Shown here: piece after piece, positions 9,445 through 19,062 of the stretch
Layout of the letters: every line of letters starts with the position of its first letter
Position numbering within the stretch: the first letter of the stretch is position 1
Assembly (NCBI GenBank): GCA_963755715.1
Contig: CAVWLW010000012.1
Span: forward strand, 1 to 62,260
Length of the DNA stretch: 62,260 bases
Direction of reading: 5' to 3'
Origin: an uncultured delta proteobacterium
GTDB lineage: Bacteria; Desulfobacterota; Binatia; UBA9968
Program-made: the position numbers and the translations under genes
The notes under the pieces: generated by a model
The model's input: the letters and a program-made list of their open reading frames with translations, nothing else
What the model was told of the DNA's origin: nothing
Databases searched by the model: none

Positions 9445-10450
9445 CTAGTACGTGTCGAACATCCGCTGAATCTCATCGGCATTATTCGTCTTGGTGAGCG
9501 CCAACGAAAGCAGCAACCGCGCCTTCCACGGCTGTAGATTATCACCGGCGACAAAGCCCCGTCGCTGCAATCCCGGACTTCTCACGACGCGGCCCGACGC
9601 GACACGGCTGCACAGGCACATGAGCATGCCTTTTTCTTTGAAGCATTTATCGAAGGCGGCGTCTTCGGCCGGCGTCGGGCGGCCGGCGCCCGTGCCGGCG
9701 CTGACGATGCCTTTGGCTCCGGCATTCGCCGCTGCTTCGATCATCGTGCCGTCGGCGCCGACGTAGGAAAGCACCATGTCGACGCGCGGCAGTGATTGCA
9801 GGTTGCGCACGTCGAATTCTGTCGCCGTCGTGTGCTTGCGCACCGGCTGATGATAATAAACGATCTTGCCGTCGCCGTCGGCGAAGCCGAGCGGTCCCAG
9901 ATCCCGCGATTGAAACGCTTCCACGCGATAAGTCGCATTTTTCGTCACGTCGCGGCCGTTGAAAATCGTGTCGTTCATCACCAGCAGACAACCGCGGCCC
10001 TTTGACTGCGGATCGGCCGCGACTTTGATGGCGTTGACCACATTCAGGTAACCGTCGGCGCTGATCGCCGATGCCGGGCGCATGGAGCCGACGACGACCA
10101 CGGGCTTATCGGTTTTTAACGTCAGGTTAAGAAAATAGGCGGTCTCTTCGATGGTGTTGGTGCCGTGCGTGATGACGATGCCGTCGGCTTTGTCTTCGTC
10201 GAAGATCTTGTGAATCGTGCGCACCAAGTCGAGCCAGTCTTTGTCCACCAGCGCGTGGCTCGGCAGTCGGCGAAACGGGAATCTCTTGCACTTCGGCGAT
10301 GTCTTTCAATTCGGGCAACTGCTGGAGCAGTTCGCCGTCGTTCAAGCGTTTGCCGGCTTCGATGTACCAGGCGAGATCGAGACGGTCTTTGCCGACCGAG
10401 TCGATGGTGCCGCCGGTTAAAATCAGTGCGACTTTGGGTAAATTGGCCAT
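9445..10450 (-). CDS. L-asparaginase/glutaminase family protein (one frameshift at ~10280)
   Basis: LTGGTI, GIVITHGTNTIEETAYFL, GSMRP...SADG..N, RDVTK, GAKGIV.AG.GAG, DNLQPWKARLLL. Confidence 0.9.
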
Positions 10451-10602
10451 GAAAAATCCTTCCTTCGTTATTTGATGTTGTAGACTATGTTTTTATCCGT
10501 GCGACGGATTCAAGTTCAAGCTGACGGCGAACTATTGAAGCGTTCAAAACGTTCAAGCCGTTCATCGCCTGCGCAATCGAGATCGGCGAGCACGAAACAC
10601 GA

Positions 10603-11547
10603 TCACGTCTTCGCGTAGGCTTTCAAACTCGGCAACGCTTCGCGGGCGAAGCGTTCGATCTGTTCCTGACGCTCGGGGTAGTGGGGAATCATGAACTGGA
10701 GGCCGATGTGGATGACGCCGACGTCGATGAACTCTTTCAATCTTTCGACGACCTGCTCGATGCTGCCTTTTAGATAGTCGGTTATTTGCGGGCCGGCGGT
10801 GGCAGTCAGCTCGACGGGGAGGCAGCAGGCGAGTTCGACTTCGTCCGGATTGCGGCCGGCTTTCTTGGCCTCGGCGCGGACGTTTTCGAACCCGGCGGCC
10901 AATTCCTTGGGCGTGATTTTTACAAAGTAGGGAAACCAGGCGTCGCCGTACTGACCGGCGCGGCGTTGCGCGTATTTGCCCTCGCCACCGACCCAGATCG
11001 GCAGGCGCGGCTGCTGATAGGGTTTCGGATTAAAGGCGATGTCGTCGGCGTTGTAGTATTTGCCGTGAAAGCTGATGTGTTCCTCGGTCCAAAGTTGCTT
11101 GAGCAAAGTTAACTGCTCGTCGGCAACCTTGCCGCGCTCTTTGAACGGTGCGTTCATGGCGGCGAATTCTTCTTCCATCCAGCCGACGCCGACGCCCAGG
11201 ATGAGCCGCCCCGTCGAAAGCTGGTCGATGGTCGTCGCGATTTTCGCCCAGTGCAGTGGATGGCGATAGGGCAGCACCATCACGCTCATGCCCAAGTGAA
11301 TTTTTTCCGTGCATCCCGCCAAAAATGCCAGACACGTGAGCGTGTCGAAAAACGGCCGATCCGGCGGCACGATGAAAGTCGCTTCCTTGCTGTAGGGATA
11401 AGTGGTTTCGATCTTCCACGGCATGACGAGACGATCCGCCGCCCACACCGAATCGTAGCCGAGCACTTCGGCTTGTTGCGCCGCTTGCATGAGCGTCTTG
11501 CGGCTCGCCGCGCGGCCAGACACCGGCAGAAAAACACCGAACTTCAT
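10603..11547 (-). CDS. LLM-class (probably F420-dependent) oxidoreductase
   Basis: MKFGVFLP, GYDSVWAADRL, LPYRHP...AK..ATIDQLSTGRLILGVGVGWMEEEF, PKPYQQPRLPIWVGG. Confidence 0.9.
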   Translation of the reverse strand: MKFGVFLPVSGRAASRKTLMQAAQQAEVLGYDSVWAADRLVMPWKIETTYPYSKEATFIVPPDRPFFDTLTCLAFLAGCTEKIHLGMSVMVLPYRHPLHWAKIATTIDQLSTGRLILGVGVGWMEEEFAAMNAPFKERGKVADEQLTLLKQLWTEEHISFHGKYYNADDIAFNPKPYQQPRLPIWVGGEGKYAQRRAGQYGDAWFPYFVKITPKELAAGFENVRAEAKKAGRNPDEVELACCLPVELTATAGPQITDYLKGSIEQVVERLKEFIDVGVIHIGLQFMIPHYPERQEQIERFAREALPSLKAYAKT

Positions 11548-11647
11548 GATCGTCCTCCGAGAGCTTTCTTGACACTGATCCTGGTGAAAGCTACTTTCCG
11601 TTTCATTATCTCGATCTCTCTCGTTCGAATAACACAAAGGAATCGAA

Positions 11648-12625
11648 ATGACTATTTGGCTCAGGATCTTGATCGTCGTCGCGCTTTTATGCGTGGCGTC
11701 GAACAACAACGCGCAGGAGCTTGTGAAAACGCCGGTGCAAATCCCCGCGATCACGCCGGCCGCGACCGCTTTTGCGGTTGCCCGGGACCGGGGTTATTAC
11801 CGTCAAGAAGGGCTCGATGCGCAACTGATCGTCATGCCCTCGGCGCTCGGCACGCAAGCGCTGCTCGGCGGAAACGTGAAATTTTCCACCGCCGGCGGCG
11901 CGGGACTGCTGCCGATCCTGCGCGGCGCGCCGATCCGCTTCATGTTTACGACCTTCAATCGCCCGATGTTCTGGCTTTACTCTCGTTCGGATATTCGATC
12001 GGTGGAAAATCTCAAAGGAAAAAAAGTCGGCGTTTCGAGTCTCGGCAGCGGGCCCGACTCGCTCTTGCGGGAAATCTTGAAAAAACACGGGTTGGACGGC
12101 GGCCGCGATGTTGTGATTCTACCGGTCGGCTCGGGCACGGCGCGCTTTTTTGCGCTGCAGGCCGGCACCGTCGACGCCGCGATGCTCTCGATTCCGGCGA
12201 ATTTGATGGCCCAAGACGCTGGGTTCCGCGAGTTGGTTTCGTTCATCGATCAAGAATGGATCGAGTTGCAGGGCACGATAAACGTCACGGACCAGCTGCT
12301 GGCGGCTGATCCAACGTTAGTAGAAAAGTTTATCCGCGCGACGCTCAAAGGCTTTATTCATTTCCGCGATCTGCGATCGCAGACGATTGGCATTTTGATC
12401 CGCTTCCTCAGAGTCAAAGAAGATGCCGCGGCGAAGATCTATGAGTTGATGCGTCCAAGCCTGACTCAGGACGGCATTGTCAGCGAAGAAATCCAACGTA
12501 AATCTCTTGAGCATGTGATCGATCGTGTCGGGCTCAAAGAGCCGCCCCGGCTCGACAAGATCTTCGACTATTCCATGGCGGTGAAAGTTCGCAATGAATT
12601 ACGCGCCAAAGGCTGGAAGCCTTAA
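11648..12625 (+). CDS. ABC substrate-binding protein, NMT1/THI5/SsuA-like
   Basis: Signal peptide, GYYRQEGLD, LKGKKVGVSSLGS, ALQAGTVDAA. Confidence 0.85.
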   Translation: MTIWLRILIVVALLCVASNNNAQELVKTPVQIPAITPAATAFAVARDRGYYRQEGLDAQLIVMPSALGTQALLGGNVKFSTAGGAGLLPILRGAPIRFMFTTFNRPMFWLYSRSDIRSVENLKGKKVGVSSLGSGPDSLLREILKKHGLDGGRDVVILPVGSGTARFFALQAGTVDAAMLSIPANLMAQDAGFRELVSFIDQEWIELQGTINVTDQLLAADPTLVEKFIRATLKGFIHFRDLRSQTIGILIRFLRVKEDAAAKIYELMRPSLTQDGIVSEEIQRKSLEHVIDRVGLKEPPRLDKIFDYSMAVKVRNELRAKGWKP

Positions 12626-12704
12626 AAAATTGACGGCGAGCAATTAACTATGAGCACGTTTACAATATTAAAGAAGATGAAGAATTACCTGGCGAGGTGG
12701 ACCT

Positions 12705-13205
12705 ATGGAAACCGCGGCGGTCGATGCAGTCGTTGATGGATTGAAAAAATCGGGAGTCGATTTTGTTTCTCTCATGCCGGACTCGGATTTTTCCGTGTTG
12801 CAGGCGCGCGTCGCGAACGATCGACATTTTACCTATGTCCCTGTGAGCAATGAGGCGATCGGCGTCGGCGTCTGCGCCGGCGCGTGGTTGAGCGGAAAAC
12901 GGCCCGCGTTGTTGGTGCCGACGTCCGGCTTGCTCGTGGCCGCCTGGCCGCTCACGAGTCTTTGCATGGCGTGGAATTTGCCGCTACTTTTGCTGATTCC
13001 TTATCGCGGCGATATCGGCGATGCCTTTTGGTTGATGGGGCCGTATAAAGACACCACGGAGCCGCTGCTAAAAGTTTTAAACGCGCCATACAGCTTGATT
13101 TCTAAGAATGAAGAAATTTCCAAGGCGATCGTGGATGCCCAAGGATCGACGATCAGCTGGCAACGTCCGGTCGCCGTGCTGCTCACGGGAGAAACTATTA
13201 AATGA
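12705..13205 (+). CDS. ThDP enzyme alpha subunit, sulfopyruvate decarboxylase ComD-like
   Basis: GVDFVSLMPDS, VSNEAIGVGVCAGAWLSGKRPALL, PLLLLIPYRG. Confidence 0.8.
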   Translation: METAAVDAVVDGLKKSGVDFVSLMPDSDFSVLQARVANDRHFTYVPVSNEAIGVGVCAGAWLSGKRPALLVPTSGLLVAAWPLTSLCMAWNLPLLLLIPYRGDIGDAFWLMGPYKDTTEPLLKVLNAPYSLISKNEEISKAIVDAQGSTISWQRPVAVLLTGETIK

Positions 13206-13807
13206 AACGCTTTGACTGTTTGAAATCATTGGCGCCGTTGCTCGACCCGAAAACGATCGTGGTGACCAACGTCGGACCGATTTGCCGGGAGTGGAACGCG
13301 CTGCGCCCGAGCGACGCGAATCTCCTGCAAGTCAACTTGGGTCTGTGCGCTGCGGTCGGACTTGGGATTGCCGTTTCGCTGCCGCATCGGCAGGTGGTGA
13401 TGCTCGACGGCGACGGCAACTTGTTGCTGAATCTCGCGAGCCTGGCCGATTTAGCGAATCAGAACTTGAATAACATTATTCATATCGTGCTCGATAACGA
13501 GTCCTACGAAGGCGGAGGAGGCTTAAAGTCAGCGACCGCCGGCAAGGCGGATCTTGCCGCCATAGCCCGCGGCGCGGGGATAGTGAACGCGACTGTCGCT
13601 ACCACAGTGGACGAATTCGAAGCTGGCGCGCGCCGCGCCCTTAACAATCCAGGACATTATTTTATCGTGGCCAAAGTGGAGAAAGGCAGCGTGGACAACT
13701 TGCCGACCCTCACACTCGACGGCAAGGAGGGCAAGTATCGCTTTGCTCGTTATATCGAAAGCAGCGAGGGCGTGCAGATCCTGCGGCCGCGATACACGCA
13801 TATTTAA
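13202..13807 (+). CDS. ThDP enzyme beta subunit, ComE-like
   Basis: GDG-N motif DGDGNLLLNL...HIVLDNESY; overlaps alpha stop. Confidence 0.8.
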   Translation: MKRFDCLKSLAPLLDPKTIVVTNVGPICREWNALRPSDANLLQVNLGLCAAVGLGIAVSLPHRQVVMLDGDGNLLLNLASLADLANQNLNNIIHIVLDNESYEGGGGLKSATAGKADLAAIARGAGIVNATVATTVDEFEAGARRALNNPGHYFIVAKVEKGSVDNLPTLTLDGKEGKYRFARYIESSEGVQILRPRYTHI

Positions 13808-13830
13808 TCATCCAAACGTTCGGAGGGTCC

Positions 13831-14796
13831 ATGGTGCAAGGCGCGATCAAGGTCATAACCATCGTTGCGATTTTAATGAGCCGGCCGTTTGCGGCATCCG
13901 GCGCCGGACCGGTCCGGGTCGGTGTTCCGAGTCCGTCGGCGAGCTATTTTCCGCTTATCGTCGCTGCGAAAAAAGGTTTCTATGCGCAAGATGCGCTTCA
14001 ACCCGAGTTCATCATGATGCGTCCGTCCATCATTCCCGCGGCTCTGACGAACGGTGAAATCCAGTACACGACTGCTACCGGGACCGCCGCGGGCGCTATT
14101 TTGCGCGGCTTTCCATTCAAGATCGTCATCTATTTTTCGACGCGCCCAATGGATTCCTTGGTGGTGAAGCCGCAGATCAAATCGGTGGCGGATCTACGCG
14201 GCAAGATCGTCGGCGTCGACGCTCCCGGCGCGAGCACGTACGTGCTGACGACTTTGATCCTCAGAAAATACCATGTCGACCCGGAAAAAGACGCCAAATT
14301 GCTGGCGGTCGGCGATGAGGATGTGAGGTTGCAGCATCTCAAACAAGGTCAGATCGACGCGGCGATGCTCGGTCCGCAAGGCGTGGTGCTGGCGCGCCGT
14401 GCCGGCCTGAAGAATCTTCTCGACGTTGCCGACGAAATTGATTTGCCGTTTGTCGGCATGGCGACGGCTACGCCCATGATCGAGCGCCAGCGCGCGGATC
14501 TCAAGAAATTTTTGACGGCGACCGTGCGCGGCATTCGCTATTCCAACGATCCGCGCAACCGCAATGAAATGATCGGATTGCTATCGAGTTGGTTGCGCTT
14601 GGATCAGGAAACCGCGGAGCATACTTACAATGTCTTTATCAAAGGCGTTTCCAAAGACGGAACTTTGAGCCGCGCCGGCATGGAAGCGCTGGTCAACGAG
14701 CGCAAACGGCAGGTAAAGTTTACCGGCGAGGTCCCCTTGGAGCGCGTCTTTGACTTCAGCATCGTCGAAGAAGTGAATCGTGAGTTAGGAAAATAG
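13831..14796 (+). CDS. ABC substrate-binding protein, NMT1/SsuA-like
   Basis: VRVGVPSPSASYFPLIVA.KKGFY, DLRGKIVGVDAPG, LKQGQIDAA. Confidence 0.85.
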   Translation: MVQGAIKVITIVAILMSRPFAASGAGPVRVGVPSPSASYFPLIVAAKKGFYAQDALQPEFIMMRPSIIPAALTNGEIQYTTATGTAAGAILRGFPFKIVIYFSTRPMDSLVVKPQIKSVADLRGKIVGVDAPGASTYVLTTLILRKYHVDPEKDAKLLAVGDEDVRLQHLKQGQIDAAMLGPQGVVLARRAGLKNLLDVADEIDLPFVGMATATPMIERQRADLKKFLTATVRGIRYSNDPRNRNEMIGLLSSWLRLDQETAEHTYNVFIKGVSKDGTLSRAGMEALVNERKRQVKFTGEVPLERVFDFSIVEEVNRELGK

Positions 14797-14928
14797 GCGA
14801 GAAGGCGTACCGAATTTTTCTAATTGCGAACCCAGCGGAAGAATCTGCCTACCATGGTTTTCTGGGCGCGGCGGTATCACAGAGACACCCATCGCTCCAG
14901 ACCGATCGCTTTCAATGTCGTTGGAGAT

Positions 14929-15084
14929 GGTAGTGGTTCAGTTTGGGAAAGATCTCTCACCTTATTCGAGATGACGAATGCCTATCTGGTTGTCATTCCG
15001 AGTCCTTCGGCGGGACTCAGGATAACTCGCGAGGAATCTTTCTCGACGTTAAGACTCATGGCGGATTGAAAATTAACCACTACC
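14929..15084. mobile_element. 156-bp MITE with terminal inverted repeats and target-site duplication
   Basis: Left GGTAGTGGTTCAGTTT / right AAATTAACCACTACC; flanks TTGGAGAT (14921-14928) and TTGGAGAG (15085-15092). Confidence 0.75.
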
Positions 15085-15145
15085 TTGGAGAGTAATCGGT
15101 AGCTTTATTATCTCTAGTCGAGCTATACTTATTGTGGAGGTTTTC

Positions 15146-15343
15146 ATGAAATACCGCATTGCGCTTCACAGATCTGAAGAAGGATACAGTGTTTCAGTGC
15201 CTGGTCTGCCGGGCTGCTGGTCCCAAGGTGTGACGGAAGATGAAGCTGTAGAGAATATTCGTGACGCAATTCGCGAATATTTGTCTGTAGTCGATGAGCA
15301 GCTTCGTGGCGAGGATGTGCGCGAAGTTGAAATCATGGTGTAG
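15146..15343 (+). CDS. hicB: HicB-family antitoxin (short form)
   Basis: SEEGYSVSVPGLPGCWSQG.TEDEAVENIRDAIREYL; GGAGG RBS. Confidence 0.9.
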   Translation: MKYRIALHRSEEGYSVSVPGLPGCWSQGVTEDEAVENIRDAIREYLSVVDEQLRGEDVREVEIMV

Positions 15344-15557
15344 TGTTGCCCAAGGTACCTGGAGTCAATCATCTCGAGGCTGTGCACGCGTTTGAAAAGG
15401 CAGGTTTCTGGATCGCGCGCCAAGGCAAGCACGTCGTAATGACAAATGGTCAACGCATTCTAACAATTCCGCGTCATAACCCTGTCAATGCCTTCACCAT
15501 GGGGGTATCGTTCGCGACGCGGGTCTCACCATTGAACAGTTTCGCGAGTTGCTCTAA
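15343..15557 (+). CDS. hicA: HicA-family toxin (frameshift near C-terminus)
   Basis: AFEKAGFWIARQGKHVVMTNG.RILTIPRHNPVNAFTMG.IVRDAGLTIEQFRELL. Confidence 0.9.
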
Positions 15558-15813
15558 TGCACTGTCCGACTAATCACAGTGTCCGCACGGGCACGTAAGA
15601 CAAAACTCGCATACCGGTGACATGATCCCATTAAACCCTACGACGAGTGCATTGTATTGAGCAGCTTCGATTGTATTTTGGCGGTAGATGTTCCCATCCA
15701 GAAACAGTGCAAGTTCAGAACTCTTCGGCTTGGAGCCGAAAGTCTTCAGCAAATACTCAAACATTGCCCGCTCGCTGCGAAAATGACCGCGCGAATCTGG
15801 TAAGCTACCTCGA

Positions 15814-16804
15814 ATGGCTGGACCGCTAATTTCATTCTTGACGAGTCTGGGGTCGCGGCGCGTCGTCGAAACGGTGCTGCCGGAGCGCACGTTGGCGGAT
15901 GTCGTTTTACCGCCGCAGACGCGGCGCACTCTCGATCAGGCATTGGCCCAGGTGCGTAATCACACACTGATCTTCCAGCGCTGGGGCCTGGGTGAGCGGC
16001 ACACCGCAGGGCGCGGCCTGGCGTTTAACTTCGCCGGACCTCCGGGGACCGGAAAGACGATCTGCGCCGAAGCGATCGCGCACGAACTCGGCATGAAAAT
16101 GCTGGTTGTCGACTACGCTCAAGCCGAGTCCATGTGGCTGGGCGAAACTCCGAAGAACGTGGCGGCGGCGTTTCGCTCGGCAGCCGAGCAGAACGCGGTG
16201 CTTTTTTTCGATGAAGCGGACGCCATTGCGATGCGCCGCTCCGCGGGTGCGGCCACAGCGATTGATCGCGAGAGCAACGTGACTATCAACGTTCTGCTGC
16301 GCGAGCTGGAAGCGTTCAACGGCATCGTGATCTTTGCGACCAATTTGGCGGCCAACTTCGACCGGGCCTTTGAGCGCCGCATCCGCACCCATGTGCTCTT
16401 CGAGATGCCGGGAGTCGAGGAGCGCGCGCGGATCTGGCAGTTGCAAGTTCATCCGAGAAAGACGCCATTGGCTCCCGACGTCGACTTCAAGGTGCTTTCC
16501 GAGCGCTACGCGATGAGCGGCGGCGATATTAAGAATGCGGTTATCAAAGCGGCGGCCGCGGCAGCCGGGGAACCAGGCGCGGATATAGGCAAGCGCATAT
16601 CGCAGCAACATTTCGAGGAGGCGGCACAAGACGTGCTTGCGGCAAAGACGATTATGCAACAGTCGCTTTTCGCGGACACTCCGGCAGCAGCGCAAAGTCC
16701 CGTGCCCGTGCTTGTGTCGCGGCGCAATATTTGCCGCGCTCGGGCTGGCCGGATTCGCATTGTTTGCGGCGCTTCTGGCGCTCGCCTTGGTGCTGCTGAA
16801 GTAA
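15814..16804 (+). CDS. AAA+ ATPase (SpoVK/Ycf46/Vps4-like) with probable C-terminal membrane anchor
   Basis: Walker A GPPGTGKT, Walker B LFFDEAD, FATN...DRAFERRI; after a shift at ~16715 reads AIFAALGLAGFALFAALLALALVLLK-stop. Confidence 0.85.
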
Positions 16805-17030
16805 AGGATGACAAAAGAATTGCTCCGATACGGCCATCGCCTGGATTTTGTTTTCTCGCAGCCAGGAAATGTGACGGCGCCGCGAGCTCGATTGCTTCAA
16901 AGCGATCGTCCGAGCTAAGCGATATTCCGGCCTATGAATGCCTTAGCAAAAATCGAGTTTTGGTTCGATTTCGCCAGCACCTATTCGTATCCGGCGATTA
17001 GTTTTTCGAAGGGCGTGCGAGCGGTTTCGC

Positions 17031-18060
17031 TTATTCCTGTGCTTCTTCCCTATACAATCCGAAAGCCTTCAAGATAGGCTCATCGTGCATGGAAAACAGG
17101 ATCGCTTCATCGGTCGACGAGGCGTTTGCATGGTCGTGCCACGACCACAGCGGCACGATGAAGGTGTCGCCTTTTTGCCAAGGGAATTTTTCGCCATTGA
17201 TGATCGTTGTCCCGCTGCCGCGGAAAGCGTGGTAGATGCTCGTGCTGGTATGGCGGTGCGATTTGGTTTGTTCGTTGGGCGCGCAGCAGCTGCACGCGGC
17301 ATGACATGGTCGCCAGTGTCGGGCCGCCGGTTGCAGGATTGACGAATTCCAGCGCGGCGCCGTCGAACGGATTCCCGGATGCGCGGGCGAGTCGTTGCAA
17401 TGATGGATAGGTGTCGCGCCAGTGGTAGTGCAGCAGCGGGGCCATTGCCGGCGTAGCGTTGCCAACGGGCCGGGTCATGCCAGAGAACATCCCTGGATCG
17501 ATACCTTCGCTCACGGGCAAGCGGCCTTTGTACGGGTCGAAAGAAATCTGATTCAGCGCTTGAACGAACGGAACATCGAGGCCATCGATCCAAACCATGT
17601 TCTCGTCGCCTTCGTGGGCGTGCTCGTGCCAGCAGCCTTGCGGCGTCAGGATGAGATCGCCGTCTTCCATCACCATCTTTTGCCCATCGACGTTGGTGTA
17701 AGCGCCGTGTCCTTGGAGGATGAAACGAAATGCCGACATGGTGTGCCGATGCGCCGGCGCGACTTCGCCCGGTTGGATCAACTGAAACGAAAGAAGAATC
17801 GTGTGGCTGGTCATCTCGCTTTCGGCCATGCCCGGATTGACCAAACGAATGACGCGCCGCTCGACGCTGCCGCTGGCGACTGAGATTTTTTCTTTGGCTT
17901 GAAGCAAGCTGTCGTAAATATCGTGCCACTTCCAAAGATGCGGTCTGACGCGCGTCTTGGGATCGGATGGGCGCTCGGCATGGTCGACATTCCACAACCC
18001 GGAAACCCAACGCGGGCGGAGCAGATCGTTGAGCTCTTGGATTTCTTTGGGCAGTTCCAT
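17031..18060 (-). CDS. Gentisate 1,2-dioxygenase-like bicupin (frameshift at ~17280)
   Basis: PHLWKW, ERRVIRLVNPG, PGEVAPAHRHT.SAFRF, GDLILTP..CWHEH, WIDGLDVP; second cupin HRHTS...GDTFIVPLWSWHDH. Confidence 0.9.
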
Positions 18061-18080
18061 CTTCGTGGCTCCTCACGCTC

Positions 18081-18185
18081 AAAATTTCGAAATTCGAATA
18101 CGAAACCGATCTCTGAAATACTAAAAAACTAAGTTCGATAGCGAATTTCGAAATGTTTTTGAATTTGTTTCGAGCTTCGAATTTG
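18081..18185. repeat. Heptamer (TTCGAAA/TTCGAAT-type) repeat tract with inverted arms
   Basis: AAATTTCGAAATTCGAATACGAAAC...GTTTCGAGCTTCGAATTT. Confidence 0.6.
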
Positions 18186-18194
18186 CGTAAACCG

Positions 18195-18932
18195 TTACGT
18201 GTAGCGGCGATACACGCCGTCGTAAAAATTACCGATCATCTGCACGGCGATTTTACCGCAATATTCCAGCGGCCAGCCGGCGCGTTCGTTGCCGAAGCCT
18301 TCCTGCAGCGCGACTTCCAAGATCGCTTGGTTGGTACCGCCATGATCTTCGTCGAGATCGGCTTCTTCGTGGACTCGGAAGTACTTCATGTCCTCGTTGC
18401 TAACGCCGTATTTAGGCAGGCTTTGCCGGAAGTCGCGCGAGATGAAGCCGAAGATTTCTTCTTCCATGTGCACGGCAAAACATTCGGCGAGCGGGATGTC
18501 GATCCAAGAGCGGACGAAAAAGTCGACGAGACCGCGCGCTTCGGGGATCAGCTCACACTCGATCATTTCCTCCGTGGTGACGCCGAGCGCTTTGCCGAGG
18601 ACGGGTAACATGCGCGCGTGGCCGCCGATCGCCGGAGTGGTAAATTCCTCGCCGATTTTTTGTGCGATGCGGTCTTCCAACGCCGGATGCCTTTTGAAAA
18701 ACCCGACAAACTGATGATACACGGTGCCCATGCCGGTGTTGACCTCGAGGGCGAATGAGTACCAATTCTTGATCCATCCCTGGAGCCGCGGGCGGGAAAG
18801 AGTGCCGGCGCGAAGGTCGGTGAAGAATGGCGACGGTTGGACTTCACGATGGTAAGTATCAAGGATCAGTTTTCTGATGGCCTCGGCCTTTTGCTTTGCT
18901 TCCTGTGCGGTCATTTTGCTATGTTCAGTCAC
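18195..18932 (-). CDS. Heme-oxygenase-like (PqqC/TenA/CADD-type) iron redox protein
   Basis: PFF..L..GTLSR..LQGW, IGEEF...GGH, YFRVHEEADLDEDHG metal-ligand pattern. Confidence 0.75.
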   Translation of the reverse strand: MTEHSKMTAQEAKQKAEAIRKLILDTYHREVQPSPFFTDLRAGTLSRPRLQGWIKNWYSFALEVNTGMGTVYHQFVGFFKRHPALEDRIAQKIGEEFTTPAIGGHARMLPVLGKALGVTTEEMIECELIPEARGLVDFFVRSWIDIPLAECFAVHMEEEIFGFISRDFRQSLPKYGVSNEDMKYFRVHEEADLDEDHGGTNQAILEVALQEGFGNERAGWPLEYCGKIAVQMIGNFYDGVYRRYT

Positions 18933-19062
18933 GGACTGATTCCTTTCTAAAGAAGACGATTGTCACTACGATTCTTAACTGAACGCTGAGCGCAATGTCA
19001 ACGTTCGCTGTTTTGTACAAAAGATGAGCGCGCCGGTCGCGCGGGGGAGAACGAATCTAACG

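Noticed and set aside
2942-9880. Diversity-generating retroelement (template/variable repeat) explanation for the asparaginase repeats
   Set aside because: Differences are not adenine-specific, many are synonymous, and no reverse transcriptase is present in the window.
15570-15929. 119-aa minus-strand ORF with Cys-rich end (CEFCLTCPCGHC)
   Set aside because: It overlaps the AAA gene antisense and has no recognisable family or RBS; at most a gene fragment.
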